A stretch of DNA of 64,000 nt from Vairimorpha necatrix (Eukaryota), in the NCBI GenBank assembly GCA_036630325.1, contig CP142731.1, positions 124,001-188,000 of the forward strand. Reading direction: 5' to 3'. Both the position numbers and the translations under genes were made by a program. Below are positions 49,416 to 62,167 of the stretch, piece after piece. The notes beneath the pieces are model-generated. The model searched no databases. It saw only the letters and a list, made by a program, of their open reading frames with translations, and was not told the DNA's origin. Position 1 is the stretch's first letter; the number at the start of each line of letters is the position of its first letter.

Positions 49416-52400
49416 GTTTACATTATGGGCACGTTTATATAGCAAAAAAAATCAAAAAAAAAACAAATTTATACTAACATTTGACGTAATTATCTTATAA
49501 TTCTTTTTAAGATCATAAAAAAATCGTATTTGTTTGTTTTTAAAAAACTTACGTCAGTGTATTGTTTTGTAGATATTTGATAAAAAATCTAAACTAACAA
49601 ATTTTTATAAAAGTATCAAAATTATAAAAAATAATCTAAATTTATAGTATTATTCAATTAAAATTTATTCATTAAACACATATGTGATTAACTCTAAATT
49701 CAAAAAAATTTATAAAAAGATGTATAATTTGCTTAAGAACGTTTTAAATTAAATCCTATAATTTTGTCTACCTATTGTATAGCTTTAAAATATCCTGCAT
49801 CACGTTTATTGCTTTATTTACTATGTAAAATGTATAATACTAACATTTTGCGTAATTAAAGGCTTTAAATTGTTAATCTTTATAAAGGTCTACAGAAGCA
49901 ATCTGGTTTAGTTTTGTAAATTTTAACAATTTATTCGGAAATCCAGATAAAAAGCATTTTTTTTTTGAAAATTTTAACCTTGTAGATAATTCAATATTTT
50001 TTAAAACTTATATCCTATTTTTAATTAATTTAGGTTTTATTGGTTCAATACATTTTATTAATTATGTATTATTAATCTTTAAATCTAAATGTCATGAATG
50101 TACACGAAATGATTCATCTCAGTTTAGCATGATAAATTTGTTTTGTTTTTTGATTACAAAAAAAAAACATTTAAAAGTTTGTTTTAATTTGACATCACAA
50201 AAAAGATAGAAACTCCCTAAATATTTTCATCATAATTATAAGAAAACGATATACGTAGAACAGCATAAAAAGTTTACAAAAAAATGAATAAACATATTAA
50301 AAGCATTATAATTTGTTTTTAAGAAATAAAAAACCATTTAAACATATAATTATATCAAATTATAAAAATATCATAACAAAATCGAAATATTTTAAAAAAC
50401 GGTAAGATGACTCGTTTTAAAATTATCCTGATAACAAAAAATTTTTTGGGGAGGGTAACTTTTTATTATTCGTTTGTATAAGAAAAGCGGGCCGCAAATT
50501 TATAAGTAGCTTTTTATGGATGTGAAAAAAATTGAAATATTAAAAATCGGGTGTATCGAGCAAAACGTTAGAAATATACTGGATAAAAAGAGTTCTATAA
50601 TGTGATTTTTTTACATTCGTCACAACTACTATATTTATAAAATAGTGTACGTATGTGATATGTTTTACAAAGCTTTTATGTTCACTAAATCATACCAAAA
50701 CAAACTTTTAGCTTTTAAATTTACGAATAAATGTATAATTTACAAAAAAAATACCTATAAATTGTAAATAAATTATTACGGGTTTTTTGTAAAGTACGTG
50801 AAGCTAAAAACAAATGAATTTGTTAAAATCTTTAAACAATAAAAATAAAGTTATATGGTGAAGCTAAAAATAGAAGTATCAAGGACTCTACAAATTCCAT
50901 TGGCGGAATATGAAAACTAAAACTATAGTCAACTTAATATTATGTCGTTCTCGAACGACAAGTTTAAATTGTGAATCTGAAAAGAAATATCTTATGCGAG
51001 GCACAAAATATGACTAAAATTATATAATTAAATCTTCATGTAAATAGAAATAATTAATATTATATTTTAATTTATATAAAGACATTGCAACACATAAGCT
51101 AAATAGTTTTTATCATTTATATTATAAAACGCAAAAGATACTGATATTTCCAAAAAACATAGATAAAATTGAGAGTTTTGTTGATTATCTATCATAATAT
51201 AGAGGTTGTTTTAATTTTGCTTTGTTTTATTTAATATTATGACATTTGTGGACAGTTGGCCATCAAAAAGTCTGTGATGAGTTTTTTAAAATTATGTTGA
51301 TTGGCTTTATCATCTTCACATCTCCTAAGCTTCATTTCCTTTTGTATTTATATGGGACAAATGAAAACATTTACCTTTACATACAATAATTAGGCCAAAT
51401 AATTACTTATGGATAGTATTTTTGTTTCTAAGAACTATCGTTAATAATGGATATCTGTATTTGACAACAATTTATTTAATTTAATGATAAATTTTTTTAC
51501 ACTAATTTATATTTAAATTATGTAAAAATATAAAAAACGTCAAATTAATGAGTAATGTGATAAAAAAACTAATTTTGAGGAATAAACACTAGAGTAAATA
51601 TCAACGTTATTTCTTCAACAAAAAAAAATTAGTACATCGGGACAAATAAAGTGAAACAAAATATAGTAAAATTTCTAACACTTAATTCAATGATTGATAT
51701 TAAATTTAGCAAATAAGTAAGAAAACATATTTTTGTTGTAGTTAACGAATTTGACCTTTTTTCAAATTTCTTATTTATTTTTCGTAATATACGGTTATAT
51801 TTTAATGTAAATTAATCAATTTTATAAATACTGAATGGTTTAGATGCTTAAACCCTTTGTTATTTTAATATAACCCGACTAATGATTAACTACATTGGGA
51901 TTGTAGACTAGATGCCTAATTCTTTTAATATTCTTTAACTTTTCACAATGACAAAAAAGGACTCTTAAGGTTAATTAGATCTAATAATATGTTACTATTT
52001 AGTATTTCTCATACCTTTAATTTATTACTTTTTAAATCACAACACATGTAACCTTTATTATAATCCAACGTCTCATAAAAATTAATATAGCAAGTATCAA
52101 TATTGTTGCTTTAAATATTGGCAAGAGTTTAGGTTAAGCGTGAAAAAAAGTGTTATAATGCTATTGCTAATAACAAAGTATATTTATAGATCAATATATT
52201 TCGATAGCATACTTTAAATGACGTAAAAGTTTAGTACTAAATCGAGGTTAAACTTTAAACTTAAATACCTTTGCTGATTTTATTTTGACGCAAAAAAATA
52301 AATAAGAAAACTGAATCATTTAAAATTACTATAATCAAACTAAAAATCGTCAATTATTTATTCAATATAAGATTTCGAAAAATTACCTAACTAAATATGA

Positions 52401-54996
52401 TTCTTAGAGTTTAATACATCTTTTTCAATCAAAAGCTAATTCAATAGAAACTTTATAATTTCGTTACCGCGTACATAGAAATGAATATAAAAAAATTAAA
52501 CAGATTTCTATTTTGTAGGAACTATTATCAAAATTGACTCGTCTATAATATTACTACAAAAAAGTAAATATATAATTCCAACTGTAGAAGCTGTCCGTTT
52601 ATTGTCAGCTTAGCATTTGAATAATAGAACTTTTCGTCCGAAAATTTCGTTTATTTGTATTTGTTTTTATAGACATGCAAATTACTTACAACGTAAAATT
52701 TTTAAAACTTTTTATAACAGACATTTTTCGTGGTACTGATGTATACAGTCCTTATATTTTTCGAAAACTTTTTGCAAAGTTATTTTAATTTGTAATATTC
52801 TAAAATTTTCAGATATATATTACTGCATCTCGTTTTATACTTGATATTTGTATCTCTTCTGTCTTTATGTACATAAATCTTAAATTTTAATTATGATGCT
52901 GTTTTGTTTTAAATGTTTGTTGTCATTGAAATATCTGAAGTATTTTCATAGCTCTATTGTCATGATTTAATTTAAACATCAAGTGATATCGTATGATACG
53001 ATAAACATTGCGTCAAATAAAATACTTTTTATTTTCTAGATACATCATAACTTCTTCTATAGTCGTCTATAAGTTTTCCGTCCCGCTACGAACTTTTTTG
53101 AATTTTTTTAATGACAATATTTATTTTTATTTATAGAAAAAAAATTTAATTTTGCTGTGAAATTCTGCTTAAAATGTTTGTCTTCGTTATGCTAATTATA
53201 TTATAGTTTTATATGTTTAAAAATGTATTATACCATAATTTTCAATTTATAGCACATTAAATGTTAATTTTAATAATTTATATAACATAGAAAACTACCT
53301 TGGATGGACAAAATGCTTTTTGAAAGTTTTTTTACAAACATAAAATTAATTATATTGTCTTTCGTGTAGATTTGATCACGAACATTTAGAATTTTAGTAT
53401 TATCCCGAATATCTTTTGCATCTCAACAGAATTACGATTTGAATATATATATAATCTATTAAAACTTGTAAATTGATTTATGACTCTTTTTTTATTGAAA
53501 AATCAAATTGTTGTACTCGTCTTAATTGTTATGAATGATAGTACTAATTTGTGTTATAAATTACTTATGGGAAATTCTTCAAAAATATGTCTAATAATAT
53601 ATTGTGATTATTTTAATTGCCTTAAGACACATTAGATTCAATCTTCACAACCAATTGTATATAGTTGAATCGGATTTATAAATTAATGACTCAGCGAATA
53701 CCATTCATAAATTATGAATTCGCTTGAAATAAATAAATCATCTTCTTCTAAAAAAATTCACTGAAAAAATATCTCTTTCAAATAAAAAATTTATTTATAA
53801 CTTCGAGAAATATTCATTTTTTTTGTTTTAAATCCTGTTGTTGTAAAGTAATAGAAATTTCCAGGCACCTTTGTTGCATTGTAATAGGTTTTTTATTTTT
53901 TTAGAGTATTTATGATATTTATGTGTTATAACATATTCTTTTGTGACTATTATCAAATCGTAATTACCCCTCAGTATATTAAGAAAAAACTTTGTAAATA
54001 TCTTTTAAATTTCCAAGACTTTTTCTAAAAGTAGGAAATCTGTTGAAATTTTTTTATCAAGTTTTTTTTGTTTAGTAATTATGTTTCCAAAACATAAATA
54101 CTTTATTAAGACTATTTTTGTCTTGAACTATAAAATTTTACTTTTTTAATGTAAAATTATTCGGCTACTTAATATTTATTGGTGTAAAATTCACTTATAT
54201 TCAGACAAAACTATCAAAATACAGACAATTTATAAATTATCTATGGTAGTTAAACTATATTATTATTTTTTCGTATGACACACATAAAAAAGAAAAAATA
54301 TGACACGCTGTTATGTGTTTTGAGAGACATATGAAAAAATCGTAATAATTTGCCAAATTAAAAAAAGAAATCGTAATTTGATACAGTAATAAGATGACTT
54401 TTCTATGGAATACGAACTTTTTTATTTTTGCTTTGCAGTAATTATAAAAACAGTAATTATTATCATTGGCATGATTTTTGGTATAATGTTTATTTTTATT
54501 ATTTGCGGATATGAATATTATGAAAGTAGCATGCCAATGTTTTTCAAGAATAATTATTGAAAAATTTTTGATGCTAAATTTGATTACGTTAAATGATCAA
54601 ATTGATTAATTGATATCCATACCTATTATTAAAAATATTTAAAAGGGGAAAAGTGTTATATATTTAATGTTATCATAAAAAAAGCCCCTGAATTAATTTT
54701 TATATTTAGTTTAAGTGGTGTAATTATACGAAAATGTTTTCTATTATAGTTATTTATCTTAGGTGCAATTCTTTATACAATTTTTTGTTAAAATTATTGA
54801 TTCAACAGCCACAAGATAGCTTATTTTTCAATAAAATAACTTTAGTTTATATGTCTTTAATTCACATCTTCATATCAATTACATAGTTAAAACGAATCAG
54901 TAATATTTTTTTTTTGTCAAAAATTATGATAAGACTTGATTAATTTATTAAAAATTTAATTGTTACTATAAAAACAAATTTTTATTGTAACCCCAC

Positions 54997-55797
54997 ATGC
55001 TACTTGTTTATATATTTATTGCAGATAAAGTATTATCATCTTCTTCAAAAGATAAAAAAGCAATTAACTCTTCAGAGTGGGAATATACTTTTGATAAAAA
55101 AACTTCGACTTTTATTAAAAATAATGAGAAATGTCCAGATATATTTGATAAAAATGCCGATAAAATGACTAATTATAAGTATCCTGACGACGTTTATATA
55201 GTGGCACGCAATATTTTTTTAAAAATTTTGGAAAATATGAATTTCCCAATAAACATAGAAATTAATTTATCTTACGAAGAGATAAATAAAGATGATTTGC
55301 ATTGGGCAATATATTTTAATTATGTGCTAGGTTTGTATGACGGCCTAAAATATTCTGGCAAGGAAGAGATTATACGTAAATTACTATCTTCACTTGCAAG
55401 ACTAAGTCGGCATTTAATTGCAGAATATACCCAAACGAATTTTGCCAAGGCTACTAAATTAAGAAACATGATTTTTCGTTTGGTCTTTCGGGCATTTGAT
55501 GTTAAAATGGATGATAAATGTGAATGGAATGTTGTTCAGATTTTCGATCCCATAAAATATGAAACGATAATTTATATGATTAATACGTTCAGGACACATA
55601 TTGAAAGAAAAACGATTCTTGGAAATTCATCAAACTATAATTATAGTTTACCTACGTTAGAAGATATAATCGAAGAAGAAGAAGAAAAAAAAATTAATGT
55701 TGTATCTAAAGCAAGTATGTCTGGCTTAGGATATATCGGTAGTATGGGATGTGTACACTTAATTAATAGTTTTATGGGGAATTTAGGAATAAATTAA
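54997..55797 (+). CDS. Hypothetical secreted protein, CxW family
   Basis: 266 aa, CCCCAC-ATG, signal MLLVYIFIADKVLS; paralog of 24661..25509. Confidence 0.85.
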   Translation: MLLVYIFIADKVLSSSSKDKKAINSSEWEYTFDKKTSTFIKNNEKCPDIFDKNADKMTNYKYPDDVYIVARNIFLKILENMNFPINIEINLSYEEINKDDLHWAIYFNYVLGLYDGLKYSGKEEIIRKLLSSLARLSRHLIAEYTQTNFAKATKLRNMIFRLVFRAFDVKMDDKCEWNVVQIFDPIKYETIIYMINTFRTHIERKTILGNSSNYNYSLPTLEDIIEEEEEKKINVVSKASMSGLGYIGSMGCVHLINSFMGNLGIN

Positions 55798-57121
55798 ATT
55801 GTATGTTTTGTAATACGTTAGCAATAAAAGCTAATGTTTTTTTATATTGAAAGCTTTTATAATTTTGATTTGTTTTATTAAGTTGACAAATAAACCTCCA
55901 TTTGTTTAAATATTTTACAATTCTATAGGACGGTTATAAGATTAGATAAAGTCTCCATTTTATACTTTTCCTAGATTGCAGTACTAAGAAATATTTTATT
56001 TTTAAAAACAAATCACATCTTTATTTTCTTACGAGTTTTAGACCATCTAATACTATTCTATATAACAAAAAATTTCAAGAACCTTTTTTACAAACTTTCA
56101 TCGTTTTCGCATTTTGGAGCAGCTTTTAAAGTGATTTTGATCGTGTATAAGTTTTTTTCCGGCATGTTTTTATTACAGGTTGAAAATCCGTAGAACGTTA
56201 TTGGACCAAGTTTTAGAAAAATATACGTTAACATAAAAGTTATGTGACCTCTAACATATTTGTTTTACATTTAAGAAAAAGCTTTAGGCCGATGATTCGG
56301 TTTCCAATTTATGACGATTTATTTATTTAATTCTTGATTTAAGAGTTCAACATGACTTGCTAATAATAATACAGCTGCGATGCTAAACTTCTAGCTATGA
56401 TACTAAGTTTTTATACCGTTAAATAACTATTTAGTTTTTGAAATTGTCGAATGATAGACCTATAACAACAATTTGCTTCCATAATTTATTTTATATATTG
56501 AGATGTCAACACAATGTCCGTTTTCCATAATCCATCGCTTTCATACAATATTTGTACAATTGGTGCATTAGCTGAACACAACATCTCTTGGAATCTGCGA
56601 ACATTATTGATATTACTTAAAAATATTTCAATTTTGTAAAATTGTGTTAATAGTTATTTAACTTGACATTCATTTAACCTTCCAATCAGTATTGATAGGG
56701 CTTCGCCCACGTCATTGTTTTCCTCTGTGGTTATGAGTGTTCTTCTACAGTCTAATTAATGCAAACTAAGTATTTTCGAGGAAATGAGCTGATTATAAGC
56801 CATATTTTCGTTGAGTACGGCAATAGTTCTTCTTTGTATGACGGGAGACTTTGCCACTACACAGCTCAAGTTTTGCACACAGCGCTGTTGTGGATTTAAC
56901 TACGTGAAGTATAAAATAAAGGAGAAATTGCACTTAAATTTAATAATTTTTCTTTTTTAAGACTTCATTAAAAGTTTTAAAATATAGGATCACTAATTAT
57001 TCTTAATTAAATTATTTACTACGTAAAAATTACTGTATAAAGACACAAGCTATTAAAACACATTATAAATTTTTTTAACAGGTTTCTAGTTAATACGTTT
57101 TATTTTTTTTAGATTTTTTTA

Positions 57122-58048
57122 TCAAAATGTATAAAAATTTGATAGATCAAATGAATCATCATTTTCCTTAAAGTCAAAAATACCAGACAATTTAACATTG
57201 TTTTCTGTCTTCCGTTTCAGTTTTTTAGTTTCTTCGGGTGATTTTTTCTCGGGTACAGTTAATTTAGTTTTCTTAATATTTTCCTTTTCCGACCTTGAAT
57301 ATTTTATATATGAGTATATCAATTTACTAGCATCTTCTTTAGATGTATTTTTATCGTATGCGTACCTTGATTCAAAATTTTCATTCATAAATGTTGCTTT
57401 ACAAAAATACACGCCGTTACTTTTTTCAAATACATATTCAGGAAATTTTATTTTTTTTTTAGAACAATATTTGGCAATTTTCTGGCTATACAATTCAGTA
57501 GAATTATTCAAAATGTTGTTTTTAGAGTCGTTTGGATCTTCAATGAAACTTGGAATGTAACTATTGTTTTGAATATTTCTATTTTTCATTTTTGATTTAG
57601 CACTCTTTTCATGCACTATAAAACTGTTGACTATTATATCGGCAGATTCGAGTAATTTTGGTTCTTCTTTGAAGGAAATTTCTGATTTATCTATTTTAGG
57701 TTGTTGTTTTTTTTCGCACATTTTTTTTGTTTTATTTTTGTCACACACTATTTTTGATTTATTTTCGTCACACAATATTTTTGATTTATTTTCGACTTTT
57801 TTGTCACACATTATTTTTGTTTTTTTTTCGTCACACATTTTTTTTGATTTATTTTCGACTTTTTTGTCACACATTTTTTTTATTTTATTTTGAACTTGGT
57901 CTAAAAGATGATCAAGTTCATTTGGATTTTTGATTTTTAATTCTATATTAAAAATGAAAATATTAAAATGGTCTTTATTTTCTTTAATAATAGGTATTGG
58001 TAGATGAGGGAACATAAGTGTGTATTTCTTAATTATTGCTTGAAACAT
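57122..58048 (-). CDS. Double-stranded RNA-binding domain (dsRBD) protein with Lys/Cys-rich repeat linker
   Basis: YSQKIAKYCSKKKIKFPEYVFEKSNGVYFCKATF…DKNTSKEDASKLIY fits the alpha-beta-beta-beta-alpha dsRBD pattern; CCCCC motif upstream of ATG. Confidence 0.7.
   Translation of the reverse strand: MFQAIIKKYTLMFPHLPIPIIKENKDHFNIFIFNIELKIKNPNELDHLLDQVQNKIKKMCDKKVENKSKKMCDEKKTKIMCDKKVENKSKILCDENKSKIVCDKNKTKKMCEKKQQPKIDKSEISFKEEPKLLESADIIVNSFIVHEKSAKSKMKNRNIQNNSYIPSFIEDPNDSKNNILNNSTELYSQKIAKYCSKKKIKFPEYVFEKSNGVYFCKATFMNENFESRYAYDKNTSKEDASKLIYSYIKYSRSEKENIKKTKLTVPEKKSPEETKKLKRKTENNVKLSGIFDFKENDDSFDLSNFYTF
57705..57890 (-). repeat. In-frame coding minisatellite (K(K/I)(M/L/V)C(D/E) repeats)
   Basis: Seven copies of the GTCACAC-type core giving KKMCDKKVENKS / KILCDENKS peptide repeats. 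Confidence 0.85.
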
Positions 58049-58242
58049 GTTCTAAGGGGGCTGAAATAGTAGAGGAAATTTGTAAATGTTTTATGTTAGA
58101 AAAAATGAATATAGACAATATTAAACAACCATTAAAATTTTCCGTTATTAATATACTTAAAATTATTAGCTGTTATTTTAAATTAACACATGTCAAAAAT
58201 TTCGAACCGTCGATTAAAAAAAAAATGAAGGAAGAAAATGTT

Positions 58243-59793
58243 TTATTTTATATCCTGAAATGTTTTTTTATAAGATTCATTAATTTCTGCATTTAGCTCA
58301 ATGTGGTCTTTTATTCCTTCAATAAAATTAAGTAAATATTTAGTACCATTGTCGTTGAGATTTTCTTTATTCTTATTGTAGTACAAAATTGGGAATAAAA
58401 AAATATTAAAATCAAAATTTAAATCATTTGTGTCCCCCGTGGGGGACACAATCTCATAAACTTCTTTTGTTTCTTTAAGCTGCCTTATAATTTTGTTGCA
58501 TTTGTAAACAAATTCGATCTGTGAGTAATCAAAATCCTTTTCCGGAACATTTTGAGACATGATCATGTTCTCTTCAAGATTAGAAGTACAGATCAATTTG
58601 TCTAAGCATTTTTCTTTTACTATATTCTCTGTTATAAGGTAATAATAAAGTACTTGTATAGACTTGGGTATTTTATCCGATATTTTCAAATCTTTGACCA
58701 ATAAAGTCTGTAAATCTGATTTATCGGGATTTTGATTAGTTAATAATTTATATGAGATGTTTTTTTCTAAAAATTTCACCTCATTTTTTTTAATTTTTTC
58801 TAAAATTTTTACGATATTTTTACAATTAAATAATAATTTGTAAAATTTATCGGACAATCTTTTCCCAAATATATTTGTAAAATCAGATGGTACAACTTCG
58901 CTATTTTTAAAAAATGAAACTTTACCTTCTTCTTTCATTACTGGATGAAAATCTATTAAAACAAATGCTGTATAAAATGAATTAATATATTTTAAATAAA
59001 TAGGATTATTTTTAGAAAGTTCTTCTAAATAATTATCAAAATCTCTTGTTTTTACAATAGTAATAATATTTTCTGGTATAAAATTGTCTGCGTATTCCGG
59101 GATAGTTGGACAAAATTCGCAGCCCAGTGCAAAAGCCAAAATTCTAAAATTTTGATTAGTTAATTCAAAAGCTTTCATAAAATTTTTTTTATTGAAAGCT
59201 GTGAACATAAAATGTTCAGAATTTTCCAAATGAAAATCAGTTATGATTTTTTCAACACCTTCAAAAATCAAAGCATCAGATTTACAAAATCCGTAATTGC
59301 ACATATTATTTTGTAAAAAATACGCAATTTGTGCCGTAGCGGAATAAGGAGCTCTTACTGCATCATGACCAAATTGTTTTAATAATTTGTTTATTGGTGA
59401 AACAACATCTTCAAAATCAAGTAAATGTTTCCAATTTTGATTGCAAATTTTTTCTTCATTTTTTTTATAAGCTTCAAATCCCGTTTTTAATTTGTCAAAA
59501 TCAGTTGTTTTTGAATTTGAAATTGGTTTTTCAAAATCCAAACCATCCCAAACAAAAAGGATTTGGATTTTTGATAGATTTGACATTTTAATTAATCTTA
59601 AAACTGGTGCCAAAAATCTTTCGTCGCATTTGCTAATAAAAAAATCGCTCATGTTACCAGTGACAACATATTTTCTTAAGAACCAAAAACCGTCTATTGC
59701 CAAAATTGAATCTTTTAAAACAGAAACTTGTGCTTTAGCAATCCAAGTGTTTAAAGATGATTTCTTTATTGTTTCTATTCCTCTTATAGGCAT
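58243..59793 (-). CDS. MKT1: Mkt1-like protein (XPG/FEN1-type PIN fold, probably catalytically degenerate)
   Basis: MPIRGI, LAIDGFWFLRK, LFVWDG, RAPYSATAQIAYF (APYEADAQ-like with acidic residues lost, as in Mkt1), LALGCEF-like H3TH region. Confidence 0.7.
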   Translation of the reverse strand: MPIRGIETIKKSSLNTWIAKAQVSVLKDSILAIDGFWFLRKYVVTGNMSDFFISKCDERFLAPVLRLIKMSNLSKIQILFVWDGLDFEKPISNSKTTDFDKLKTGFEAYKKNEEKICNQNWKHLLDFEDVVSPINKLLKQFGHDAVRAPYSATAQIAYFLQNNMCNYGFCKSDALIFEGVEKIITDFHLENSEHFMFTAFNKKNFMKAFELTNQNFRILAFALGCEFCPTIPEYADNFIPENIITIVKTRDFDNYLEELSKNNPIYLKYINSFYTAFVLIDFHPVMKEEGKVSFFKNSEVVPSDFTNIFGKRLSDKFYKLLFNCKNIVKILEKIKKNEVKFLEKNISYKLLTNQNPDKSDLQTLLVKDLKISDKIPKSIQVLYYYLITENIVKEKCLDKLICTSNLEENMIMSQNVPEKDFDYSQIEFVYKCNKIIRQLKETKEVYEIVSPTGDTNDLNFDFNIFLFPILYYNKNKENLNDNGTKYLLNFIEGIKDHIELNAEINESYKKTFQDIK

Positions 59794-60061
59794 GGGTTAA
59801 AAAATAATAAAAAATTTATAAACATTTCTGAAACATTTATTTCGTTTTATTAATTTTTAGAGTTCGAATTAAAATTTAACCAATTCAAAAAAAAATGTTA
59901 CAAAAAAACGGTAAATTAAAAAAAAGCAATAAAACACATATTCCAAAAAACTACACTATCTTATTTGACTTTTTAAAAAAAAGATCCAGTTTATATTTTT
60001 ACTTTGTAGTAAAAAACAAACAAATTCTGAACAAATTAATTTAATATTTTATTTCATTTAT

Positions 60062-60676
60062 TTAGCAACACGAAAAGAAACAGAGAAGTTTATGTAATGC
60101 TGATCTGTCTTTTTTACTGTTTTCTTTTATGGCGTACTTTGCCACTTGTTCAAATAATTCGCTTATTCCTATGTTCAATTTAGCAGATGTCTCGAAATAT
60201 GCCACTGCGTCTATTTCTTTGGCCAGTCTCATTCCTTCGTTCCGTGTTATGGGCGAGTCTCCTTCATGTGCCAATTTCTCAAGTGTCTCGCTGTCATCTC
60301 TCAAATCTATTTTAGTGGCAGCCAGGAAATATTTGGCCTCGGGGTTGATTTCCTTAATTTGAGGAATGAATGTGTTTGTTACTTCATTGTAAGATTTACG
60401 ATTGTCCACATTAAAGCAAATTAAGACGTAGTGGGCATTTGGCAAGGCCAAATGTCTAAAACGACTAAATTCGTCTTGTCCTGCTGTGTCCCAAAGCTTC
60501 AATTCGACTAGATGGTTTTCTTCTTTATATTCTATATTTGCAGATGTAAATACAGTTGGTTCTAATTTCTCGTCAAATTTTTGGTTGATTTGTCTATTTA
60601 AAATACTTGTTTTACCACATGTCCCGTAACCCAAGACGGTCAATTGTTTTGATAAAACTTGTTTACCTTCATTCAT
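60062..60676 (-). CDS. Rho-family small GTPase
   Basis: P-loop GYGTCGKT, effector PTVF, LWDTAGQDEF, TKIDLR, Rho insert helix, ETSAK, C-terminal Cys (CFFSCC). Confidence 0.93.
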   Translation of the reverse strand: MNEGKQVLSKQLTVLGYGTCGKTSILNRQINQKFDEKLEPTVFTSANIEYKEENHLVELKLWDTAGQDEFSRFRHLALPNAHYVLICFNVDNRKSYNEVTNTFIPQIKEINPEAKYFLAATKIDLRDDSETLEKLAHEGDSPITRNEGMRLAKEIDAVAYFETSAKLNIGISELFEQVAKYAIKENSKKDRSALHKLLCFFSCC

Positions 60677-60874
60677 TGGGGGTCAAAAATAAACCGCATA
60701 AACAAAGAAAAACAAGCTGCCAAAATCACCTGGCGAAAGTGTATATTTTAAAATGTATTTATAATTTACAGAGCATTTCTCAGTTTAATAATAAAATATT
60801 AATGTTTAATTCTTGTTTTCTTTTTATTATTTAGTTTGTCGAGTAATCTTAGATTAAAAATGTTTTATTTTGTT

Positions 60875-62167
60875 TTATTCCTCTAATTTCTCATCTAACC
60901 ACCTCAAAAATGAATTCCCTTTCAAATGCTCATAAAAATTCCACATTTTATTTTTAAATTTCTTAAAATCTTCTATTTCTTTCCTCTTTGTAATTAGTGC
61001 TGGATCAAACATAATTTCCAATAAAAAATCTTTTTTTTCTTTATAAAATTCATTCCATTCTTTGTTGAGCATTCTTCTGAAATTAAGTTTATGACTCAAT
61101 GTCTGGTACACGAAGATTCTATTAGAACTTATAGTCTCTGATATTGACATGTCTCCAGTGCAGCCTACAATCTCTTCGCTTTTTAATAATAAAAAATCAA
61201 ATTCATATTTAGAGAGCACGGGATAAGTCTTAATTTGTATAATCTTGTCTTTATATTCTAATACTAAATTATTATTTATTAGTTTTATATTAATATTTAT
61301 CATTTGAGAAATGTAATATAATTTGTAATATAACTCAGTAAAGCCATTTGTAACTAATTCGCGATCTAATAAATCAAAAATATTATGAGAAACAGAATCG
61401 TCTTTTAACTCTGACTTATTAGAATCTATTAAGGAAACATCTTCTGAAAAAATATCGGAAATATTAGTCAATATTGTAAACTCTTTTAACTCTGAAAACA
61501 TGATCACTTTCTCAACAAAATAAAAAAAACTTATCATGTCTTTTATAAGATCAGATCTAGAAAAATATGAGAAATAAAACGGCATATTACTAAGATAATT
61601 CATATTCTCAATATTAAATTTGTCATCTTCTAAATTGTAAATCTTTTTAAATTTCTCAGGAGATATATTGATTTTTAAGATTTTGTTGTCTAAACAAACA
61701 AAATCTTTATACTCCTCCTCATAATTTCTAAATAAAAAATAAATTTTTTCTGAATTCTTACCGTATTCATCAAAATTTATTACTTGTGAATGGTTTATAA
61801 TATTTTTCGGAGAAAAATGAAAATTTAGAATTTTAAAAAAATTTTTAGTTAGGTCTAAAATTTTTTGATTGCTAATTTCCTTTTCTTTATAAATGTAAAT
61901 AAATTTTTCTTTATCCAAATTCTTTTTGTTTAAAATATTGATTTCTTCATTTATAAAATAATCTTCTTTTTCGTTGTTAATTTCCTGTATTTTATATTTG
62001 GTATGATTCTTAAGATAATTTTCTTGTTTTTTCATACAATTTATAAAAACTAATATAACTTTATATTTATTTTTTATTCCTTCTAAAATACGCAATCCCC
62101 AATTTACATCTCCAAGGCCTGCTTCTATTCGTATTAAAATTAATATTTTTTTAATATTGTTTTTCAT
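60875..62167 (-). CDS. Hypothetical protein, probable GT-B fold glycosyltransferase-like
   Basis: N-terminal strand + GLGDVNWGLRI; C-terminal EFDFLLLKSEEIVGCTGDMSISETISSNRIFVYQ resembles the GT-B nucleotide-sugar-binding segment; CCC-ATG start. Confidence 0.5.
   Translation of the reverse strand: MKNNIKKILILIRIEAGLGDVNWGLRILEGIKNKYKVILVFINCMKKQENYLKNHTKYKIQEINNEKEDYFINEEINILNKKNLDKEKFIYIYKEKEISNQKILDLTKNFFKILNFHFSPKNIINHSQVINFDEYGKNSEKIYFLFRNYEEEYKDFVCLDNKILKINISPEKFKKIYNLEDDKFNIENMNYLSNMPFYFSYFSRSDLIKDMISFFYFVEKVIMFSELKEFTILTNISDIFSEDVSLIDSNKSELKDDSVSHNIFDLLDRELVTNGFTELYYKLYYISQMININIKLINNNLVLEYKDKIIQIKTYPVLSKYEFDFLLLKSEEIVGCTGDMSISETISSNRIFVYQTLSHKLNFRRMLNKEWNEFYKEKKDFLLEIMFDPALITKRKEIEDFKKFKNKMWNFYEHLKGNSFLRWLDEKLEE

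Noticed and set aside
56080-56910. Moderately GC-rich tract at the compartment boundary
   Set aside because: Looks like decayed TE or gene sequence, but no diagnostic motif was found.
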